Shown here piece by piece: positions 9,425 to 17,088 of a stretch of 20,000 nt of DNA. The notes below the pieces were generated by a model, which had not been told where the DNA came from, did no database searches, and saw only the letters and a list, made by a program, of their open reading frames with translations. Each line of letters opens with the position of its first letter. Position 1 is the first letter of the stretch. A program made the position numbers and the translations under genes. Source of the DNA: Piedraia hortae CBS 480.64 (taxonomy: Eukaryota); NCBI GenBank assembly GCA_010093745.1, contig MU005959.1:477647-497646 (forward strand). Reading direction: 5' to 3'.

Positions 9425-10906
9425 ATGGGCAGAGACAAAATTGATCCCATTACGCGCGCTGCCCTTCGCTATACCATTAGTCCGAGCGAGTATGAAGCGC
9501 TGCACAAATACATCATCTCGCGCGCTCCGTCGCGCGTGCAGAAATGCGCCCCGCAGCCGCCACGGTATGAGAAGATGACCAAAGGCAACAGCGAGGGCGG
9601 GGACTACACGGCCGCAGCGCTGAGGGCGGCGTTGAGGGTGTTTGGCACGACTTATCTCGGCCTTAAGGCGTGGGATAGTCTTATACAAGCCGTCAGCAAG
9701 CGACCACCCAAGAAGAGCCAAGGCAACGCGCGAACTTCACTTTCCTTTGCGGCTATTTTATTCTTCTACCGTCTGTTTGACAGGTTCTTCAGACGTCTTC
9801 GGCTGTCGCTATTAGACGAGAAAGCCATTCCTTTTCGGAAGCGAAATCCTTTAATCGCACGGTTACTTACATCGGTCTATACCCCAGCCGTTGGGGCCTC
9901 ACTCTCGGGCTTCTTTCTTCTATTGAGTCCAGCAAAACGTTTGCGAAGTACATTGGCCATCTACTCCCTCACGAGATCTCTTGAGTTCGTATACAACGCC
10001 CTCGAGAATGGGGAAATCATCTGGCCCAACGGCAGACCATGGTGGTTTGGCAGCTGGATGTTGATGCCCTTTGCAACTGCCCAACTCCTCCACTGTCTCG
10101 TCTTCAACCGGGATTGCTTCCCCTCAAGCTATGGCCGACTTCTCCACTCCAACGGACCCGAATACGTCTTCCGCAAAGGCCACTCGCTCTCGTCCTTTGA
10201 CGTCGTCGACGCACTTGCGTCCATGTCTACCCTGGGCTGGCCCAACTATATATCTCCCATTCTCTTTCCCAACAAACCCACCAATCTCCCCCCAACCCTG
10301 ACCAAAATCCGCGCAATCACAGATTCCGCCCACCCAGGAATCACCAACTCCTCCTGCGCCCTCCTCCACCCAAAGGACCCAAGCTGTTCTCGGGTTTACT
10401 TAACCACTATCCTCTCAACCTACCCGGGCATCGTTAAAGTCTTCACAATAATCTACACGGCGCTCGCCCTCCTCTCTTATAGAAAATACAAAACCAAAGG
10501 CCTAAGCGAAACCCTCAACACCCTCGCGGCTAGGATCCTCAAAGCTGCCCTCCTCGCAACAGGAAGTACCGCAACATGCTGGGGCTCAGCCTGTCTCTTC
10601 GCAAACTACCTCCCTCGCAGAGCCCTTCCCACGAAGAGGTGGTACCTTTCAGGCTTCTTAGCCGGAATGTGGGCCGTCGTTGCTCCAAAGGAGAGGGCGA
10701 TGTTCACCTACTCGGCACGAGTCGCCCTCCAAAGCGCCCTCGACGTTGCACGCAAGAAAGGCTACCTCAAACGCCAGCGCGGTCTGGAGGTTATGCTCTT
10801 TACCGTCGCGTTAGCATGCACTGGTTGTGTCGTCGAAACAGACTCGAAGTCTTTACGGAGCAATCTCCTAGTCAAAACCTGGGAGACAGGATTAAAGGGT
10901 ATGTAA
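9425..10906 (+). CDS. TMEM135/PXMP4-like integral membrane protein, 493 aa
   Basis: Intact 493-aa ORF with several hydrophobic segments. Motifs DPITRAALRYTISPSEY, TLAIYSLTRSLEF, RPWWFGSWMLMPF..AQLLHCLVFNRDCFP, AHP....SCALLHP..PSC and RWYLSGFLAG resemble fungal TMEM135-like proteins. Confidence 0.75.
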   Translation: MGRDKIDPITRAALRYTISPSEYEALHKYIISRAPSRVQKCAPQPPRYEKMTKGNSEGGDYTAAALRAALRVFGTTYLGLKAWDSLIQAVSKRPPKKSQGNARTSLSFAAILFFYRLFDRFFRRLRLSLLDEKAIPFRKRNPLIARLLTSVYTPAVGASLSGFFLLLSPAKRLRSTLAIYSLTRSLEFVYNALENGEIIWPNGRPWWFGSWMLMPFATAQLLHCLVFNRDCFPSSYGRLLHSNGPEYVFRKGHSLSSFDVVDALASMSTLGWPNYISPILFPNKPTNLPPTLTKIRAITDSAHPGITNSSCALLHPKDPSCSRVYLTTILSTYPGIVKVFTIIYTALALLSYRKYKTKGLSETLNTLAARILKAALLATGSTATCWGSACLFANYLPRRALPTKRWYLSGFLAGMWAVVAPKERAMFTYSARVALQSALDVARKKGYLKRQRGLEVMLFTVALACTGCVVETDSKSLRSNLLVKTWETGLKGM

Positions 10907-10912
10907 TAGTCA

Positions 10913-12160
10913 TTAATACATTATTTTCCTAACCGGTGAACCTTCAATGTTCATATTCCAATGCTGCTGTTGCTGCGGGAGATCATATCTCTGCTGATTC
11001 TGCTGCGGCGGTGGGGGGTAGTAGGGAGGCGGGGCATAAGCCATGGCCTCCGAACGTCGGAAACTTACGAATGCTAGATTCGAAAGCGTAAACGCAGCGA
11101 CTACGATTGCGAATGTGAACCCTGCTGCTTTCCATGAGATGGGCTCGACAAAGGAGTTGTAGATTTCCGCAAAGGTGCGTGCACCGACGTGTGCCCTCCC
11201 CACGAGTTTTGAGGGGTCTTGGTTCATGCATCGCTCCCAGTTTGCGCAGACGGCCTCCATTGCGGGCAAGGAGACTTTGTCACAGTCGTTATTTTTGTAT
11301 TGTTTCGCGCATGCGGCCATTTCGATCATAATCTCCGCCATTGCTTCGTGGGATTTTTTGTCTACATCGCCTTGGACGGCGCTCCAAAAGCAATAGAGTA
11401 GGTAGGCAATTGCGGTGAGGAGGAAGATGTTGAATGCTAGTTGGGCGTAGTAGCTTAGGATATGAGGGACTGTGGGGTGGCGACCGATAAAGGTGAAGGT
11501 GCTTGAGAGCCAATTTTCGTTTTGGTGGGAGCCTTGGCGGCGGGGGCGGCGGAGGACCCCGTCCTCGCCGTCGGCGTCCGAAGATGAGGTTGAGGCGCTG
11601 CCGCGACGACGTTTGCGCCGGCTTAGTTTCCGGTCGACTTCGCGTCTGCGGCGCTTGGTGATTCGTTTTTCCGTCCCTTCGGTTGGGTCTACGCGTGGGA
11701 TTTCGCCCCTCCCGGGGCTGTTAAGCTTGCTTTTGAGCCGGTAGATCCAGCTGTCGCGACGGCCGTTGGAGCGGAATAGGGGTTTCTGCTCCGGTGTTGC
11801 GTCGCTGACGTCGTCTTGCGCCTCGGGAGACTTGGGTGTCTCTCCTGCGGAGGAGTCGTCCATTTCGTTGGTTACCTTGCGCGGTGTGGTGAAGAGACTG
11901 TTAAATGCGGGCAGTTGGTGCTTGCCGGGAGTCGTAGTAGTTGGGTGGAACGGGCGCTTCTCTGGTGAGTCGAAGTTGAATGACACTGGATCCTGTCAGT
12001 GACTCCTTCTGGTTGCGCAACCTGTCAACTTACTCTTGTTACTGCTGCCGGGAGGGAAACGCTGGCCCAGTCGCGCAAACGGAGACTGCGTATCTATCGG
12101 CCCCGTACCGTTTTGGAATTCAAAGTCCATTGGACTCTCGTGAGAGAAGCGTTGCGCCAT
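10913..12160 (-). CDS. BRR6: Nuclear envelope / NPC biogenesis protein Brr6/Brl1, 399 aa; complement(join(10913..11985,12034..12160))
   Basis: Exon 1 (absent from the ORF track) encodes MAQRFSHESPMDFEFQNGTGPIDTQSPF. Intron 11986-12033 (GTAAGT..CTGAC..CCAG, 48 nt). C-terminal domain HPTVPHILSYYAQLAFN, a TM helix, CAKQYKNNDC..PAMEAVCANWERCMNQDP..FAEIYNSFVEPISWKA and a second TM helix, with the four lumenal Cys. Confidence 0.93.
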
Positions 12161-12272
12161 GGTTTGTGGTGTCCGTCGTCATCGGGCAGGTGTTGTGCTC
12201 ATGTTGCCCCCCCGGTTGGCATGACAGCGCGGGGTCGATTACATCACCGATTTATCAGATCAAACATGAACC

Positions 12273-12899
12273 ATGTATTCACTCGCCATTTCTCTACTGG
12301 CTGTCGTGTGTCAGGCAATGTCTCATAAGCTGTGTCATGCTGCAAATGGCGCTACATCTCCTTCAGAGGACCCGTTCACCTTGACAGCTTATCCAAAGAC
12401 TGACGTTTGGCGTCCGAGCGATGACAGTGATGTCTTCAATGCTCCGTATGTCTTTGCCAAGCTTGACCCAAATAAGTTTACAAACATGTCTGTCACCGTC
12501 TCGGCGGATTGGAAGACTTTGTATGATCAAGGTGGGCTAATCTTAGCCTATGGAGAGCAGAATCCCCGCCAGTGGATCAAGGCTGGTATCGAATTCTTCG
12601 AGGGGCACCCCATGATTGGCGTTGTGGGAACAGACCGCTATTCGGACTGGTCTCTTACTCCTAACCCTGGTAAAGACCACAACAAGGCTACACTGGAGTT
12701 TGTCCGTGAAGGCACAGAGCTTTGGATCTATCTGGTCGGTGAGAACCAGAAAAGACAGGCAGTCAGAGAGGTCAGATGGGCTTTTATCTCGCCCAAATCG
12801 CCCCTCGAAGTTGGTTGTTATGCTGCTAAACCCACCCCAGATTCTGATAATGCCACTGCCGGGGTCAAGGTCACCTTTGAAGGGTTTTTGCTAAAATAG
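12273..12899 (+). CDS. DUF1349 / Ree1-like concanavalin-A-fold protein, 208 aa (alternative start 12318)
   Basis: Motifs TAYPKTDVWR, VFNAP, WKTLYDQGGL, WIKAGIEF, VVGTDRYSDWS, REVRW and VGCYAAKP..VTF match the DUF1349 pattern. Confidence 0.85.
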   Translation: MYSLAISLLAVVCQAMSHKLCHAANGATSPSEDPFTLTAYPKTDVWRPSDDSDVFNAPYVFAKLDPNKFTNMSVTVSADWKTLYDQGGLILAYGEQNPRQWIKAGIEFFEGHPMIGVVGTDRYSDWSLTPNPGKDHNKATLEFVREGTELWIYLVGENQKRQAVREVRWAFISPKSPLEVGCYAAKPTPDSDNATAGVKVTFEGFLLK

Positions 12900-13021
12900 T
12901 TGGTTATAAGATGATCTGATATCTGGGTCAGGTGGGCATCGGTGGCAGGTGGGGCCCTGTCGTTGATACTTAAGCCGTTCACTCTTCTTCCCAACTTCTT
13001 TAAACTCTGCAACATTAAAAG

Positions 13022-13463
13022 ATGTCTTCCACTGCTGCTGTTCCCAAGACCTGCTGTGGCCGTGACGGCGGCTGCCAATGCGCGAAGGAGGCCACTTGCT
13101 CCTGTGGCAAGAAGCCTGCCATGCACTGCAACTGCGAAAAGGCGCAGACTGAGAATGCCGCCGGCGGTGCCCGTTGCTCGTGCAGTATGTTTTATTACCA
13201 GCTTCTCGGTGAAAGCTCTGCTAATACCTTGTAGATCAACGTCCCGCTGGCGCCTGCACCTGCTCCCGCAGTGCTGAAGAGAATGCCAAGCCTACGGGTT
13301 CTACTTGCGCCTGTGGTAAGCGCTCATCGGGTGCGTCTCAATCTAACTCGTTGCTTGCCATTATTGGCCGCTGCTGACCATTACAGACTCGTGCAACTGT
13401 GGCGGCTCAATCGGAAGTTATTCCAATCTCGAGACCGACTTCACCAAGTCCTCTGGGGCTTAG
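13022..13463 (+). CDS. CRD2: Crd2/CrdA-type fungal copper metallothionein, 111 aa, 16 Cys; join(13022..13184,13235..13330,13387..13463)
   Basis: Introns 13185-13234 (GTATGT..CTAAT..GTAG) and 13331-13386 (GTGCGT..CTGAC..ACAG) give MSSTAAVPKTCCGRDGGCQCAKEATCSCGKKPAMHCNCEKAQTENAAGGARCSCNQRPAGACTCSRSAEENAKPTGSTCACGKRSSDSCNCGGSIGSYSNLETDFTKSSGA*. It has three CxC-x7-CxC units and the C-terminal ETDFT motif. Confidence 0.88.
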
Positions 13464-13608
13464 ATAGTGCTATAGGGTGTAACAGGCGTCGTGCTCGTAC
13501 CTTCCCATTTTGTTTCACGCGGCGGGCCGTGCCGGCGCTAGTCGAACATCGTTTAATGTGCAATACGTTAATAGGTACGCGGACATACAAAAGAATCCGC
13601 ATGTCGCC

Positions 13609-16384
13609 ATGGCCTCGGCAGCCGCCGCCATGTTCAACCGGAGCATGGGCGGCCCAAGCAAGGACAATTCTATGCGCGGGTTGGTATCTTTTATCTCCGA
13701 TCTTCGCAACGCGCGCGCAAGAGAGTTGGAGGAGAAGCGAATAAACAAGGAGTTGGCCAACATCCGGCAAAAATTCAAGCAGGGGAATCTCAGCGGCTAT
13801 GACAAAAAGAAATATGTCTGCAAGCTATTGTACATCTACATTTTGGGGTGGAACGTCGACTTTGGTCATCTGGAAGCCGTCAATCTGATATCAGCGACAA
13901 AGTTTTCGGAAAAGCAGATCGGCTACCTTGCTGTTACCTTGTTCCTGCACGAAAAGGACGAACTGCTACATCTGGTAGTCAACAGTCTGCGAAAGGACTT
14001 GGTGGATCATAATGAACTCAACAATTGCTTGGCGTTACATGCTATTGCCAACGTCGGGAGCAAGGATATGGCTGATGCGCTTGGCGCTGATGTCCACCGT
14101 CTTCTTATTGCCCCGACATCAAAGTCATTTGTAAAGAAGAAGGCAGCCCTTACTCTGCTGAGGCTGTATCGTAAGGTTCCAAGTACTGTGCAGCCTGAAT
14201 GGGGCGAGCGTATCATTGCCATCATGGATGATGATGACATGGGCGTGGCCCTGTCAGTAACTTCTCTTGTAATGGCGTTGGCACAGGATGACCCGAGTAC
14301 ATACAAAGGCAGCTATATCAAAGCCGCTCAGCGCCTCCATCGTATCGTCATCGATCACGAGTATTCCGAGGATTACGTCTACTACAAAGTGCCTTGTCCA
14401 TGGTTACAGGTGAAGCTGTTGCGTCTACTACAATACTTTCCTCCATCAGAGGATAAGCATGTGCGGCAACTCATGCGGGAGTCGCTGCAAGCGATCATGG
14501 ACAACGCCATGGGAACGCCTAAGAATGTGCAGCAAAACAATGCGCAGAATGCGGTCTTGTTCGAGGCTATCAACCTCGTCATCCATCTAGATACGGAAAA
14601 GGACCTCATGGTGCAGATATCGACCAAACTGGGCAAGTTCATTGGTTCTAAAGAGACCAATGTCCGCTACTTGGGTCTTGAAGCCATGACACATTTGGCT
14701 GTATCGGCTGAAACACTTGATCCGATCAAGAAACATCAGGATCTCATCCTTGGCTCGCTGCGGGATCGAGATATTACGGTGAGGCGCCAAGGCTTGGATC
14801 TACTTTACAGCATGTGCGATAGTTCCAATGCACGGCAAATCGTGCATGAACTACTACGCTATCTCCAAAATGCTGACTATGCCATCCGCGAGGAAATGGT
14901 GCTCAAACTCGCCATTTTAACTGAGAAGTACGCCACAGACGTGAAATGGTACGTGGACATTTCCATGCGGTTGATTGCCATAGCGGGAGACCACGTCAGC
15001 GACGAGGTCTGGCATCGAATCATCCAGATTGTTACCAACAATGATGAGCTGCAGACGTACGCTGCTCAGAATATATTAAAATACTGCCAAAACGACCACT
15101 GCCACGAGACTTTGGTCAAGATTGGCAGCTATATCCTAGGTGAGTTCGGCCATCTAATAGTCGACAATCGCAACTGCAGCCCAATTGAGCAGTTCATGGC
15201 GCTGCAGAACAAATTCAACGGCGTTTCACCAAGTACACGAGCCATGATCCTCTCAGCATTTGTCAAATTCGTCAACCTCTTCCCCGAAATCAAACCCCAA
15301 CTTCTACGTGCCTTCAGAACCTACAGCCACACCACCGACTCTGAACTTCAGCAGCGCGCCTGCGAGTATCTCCAGCTGGCGACCCTTCCCACCGACGACG
15401 TATTACGCACTGTGTGCGATGAAATGCCACCCTTCCCGGAGAGAGACTCCGCACTCCTTGCCCGTCTCGACAAAAAAGGCTCTGTGGGCGACAAACGTAC
15501 CTGGACCGTAGCCGGCAAAGACGCCGCACTCAAGCGTAATTTCACATCCGCCACAACACAATCCTCACTCTCCAACGACCTAGCAGGTCTCGACCTCCGC
15601 ACCCCTAATTTCACTCCCGGCTGGGAATCCGGTTACAACACCCTCCTCCTCCGTCCCGAAGGAATTCTCTACACATCACCCCAACTCGACATCGGAATCC
15701 GCTCCGAATACCGCTCTGAAATCGGCTGCTTAATCATCTACTTCTCCAACCGCTCCTCCGCACCCCTACAAAGTGTCACCACAACCTTCTCCTCCGCGTC
15801 AGCAGACCTACACATCGAAGCTAAATCCTTCCCCGAACCAACCCTCCATTCGTCCTCTCAGACGGCACAAACAGTCACATTCGAAGCACAGGGATTCTTC
15901 TCCGACCCACCAACGCTGCGAGTAAGCTACATCGCCGGCGCGCACCAAACAATCAACCTCCCCCTCCCCGTGCTTTTACACAAATTCTTCGCCCCACCCG
16001 CACCGCTAAGCGCGGAGGAATTCTTCAAACGCTGGGGACAGATTGGGACTGCGAGGGAAGCGCAAAGGGTGTTCACCCTTCCCGCCGAGCGGAGCGATAT
16101 TCGCGGCGTTGTGAGGGAGATGAAATGGACGATTTTAGATGGTGTGGATCCTGATCCTGCGCATGTTGTTGCTGCTTCGGTGCTTGCGACGGGGAAGGGG
16201 AAGTTTGGGTGTCTTTTGAGGGTGGAACCTAATTTTGAACTTAAGGTTTGTGGTTTGTTTTTGACTTTTTGTGGGGAGGCTGACTTTTTAGATGTGTAGG
16301 GTTACGGTTCGGGCGACGGATGAGGCGCTTCCGGGGGTCTTGCTTCAGGGAGTTGTTGAGAGGTTGGGGAGTAGAACGGGATAG
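13609..16384 (+). CDS. APL3: AP-2 adaptor complex alpha subunit (alpha-adaptin), about 909 aa; join(13609..16245,16292..16384)
   Basis: MRGLVSFISDLRNARARELEEKRINKELANIRQKFK..GYDKKKYVCKLLYIYILG, FVKKKAALTLLRL, VPCPWLQVKLLR, ELQQRACEY, MPPFPER, and an appendage with FFKRW and CLLRVEPN. Intron 16246-16291 (GTTTGT..CTGAC..TTAG, 46 nt) restores the terminal MCRVTVRATDE. Start is ATG 13609 or 13630. Confidence 0.96.
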
Positions 16385-17088
16385 GCTTGGGGGAATGAGG
16401 AGTTGATAAGGTGATAGGTGATGGAACTATGGGAATATAATCCTGCAATATTTAATCCTTCGCATGCACACTTCTTGGCGCACCTCTATGAGGCTGGCGA
16501 GTTGGGGCCTAAATGAGCGTGAGCGGTTCCTAGCCTAGCACGCGGATGTGCCCTTTTGGAGGATGCTGCCGCATGTTCACGGGCGCGCGTGAGATATTTT
16601 AGTAAACTCAATTTAAATTTTTGTCAAGCTTCACGCTTAGTTCTCCGCTTCGGGAGCCCTATACATTGAAAATAGATCCTTGCCCAAACGACGCAGATTG
16701 CCGCACCCGAAGCAAAGGGATCCTTCTCCAAGGTGCTGGCACCGAGAGTTGGTTGCATCACGAGTGCGCATCGAACTATCAGCCTCCACCTTCCAACCTT
16801 GCTGCAATAAGTTTTCGTGCCTCCTTCCATTCCGCCAGGCGCAAAAGAAGTTCTCAAGAGCTGGAATCAGGTAAGCCTTGCCAGACGTTTCCCACTCCAA
16901 TTGCGGAGGGACGTAAGTGGCTTTGTGAGGGAGATGGACGGCGTTGTTCTCGTGTACGATTTCAATCATAATCATAAAGCCCATCAGTGGAGCTGGATGT
17001 TTCCATACGTACATGTAGTTTACCATTGTTCAACAACAGTACATGCTCATCTCATAACAACCTGACCCTCGCACAGATGGCTTTTCGT

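Noticed and set aside
10899..10981. Possible terminal intron in the TMEM135-like gene (GTATGT at 10899)
   Set aside because: There is no suitable YAG acceptor at the usual distance after the CTAAC near 10929, and a further exon would lie inside the BRR6 CDS.
13510..13608. Alpha-adaptin start at TTG 13510 and end at 16299, as in the ORF track
   Set aside because: The first in-frame ATG is 13609. The listed C-terminus reads into intron 16246-16291; the spliced end is 16384.
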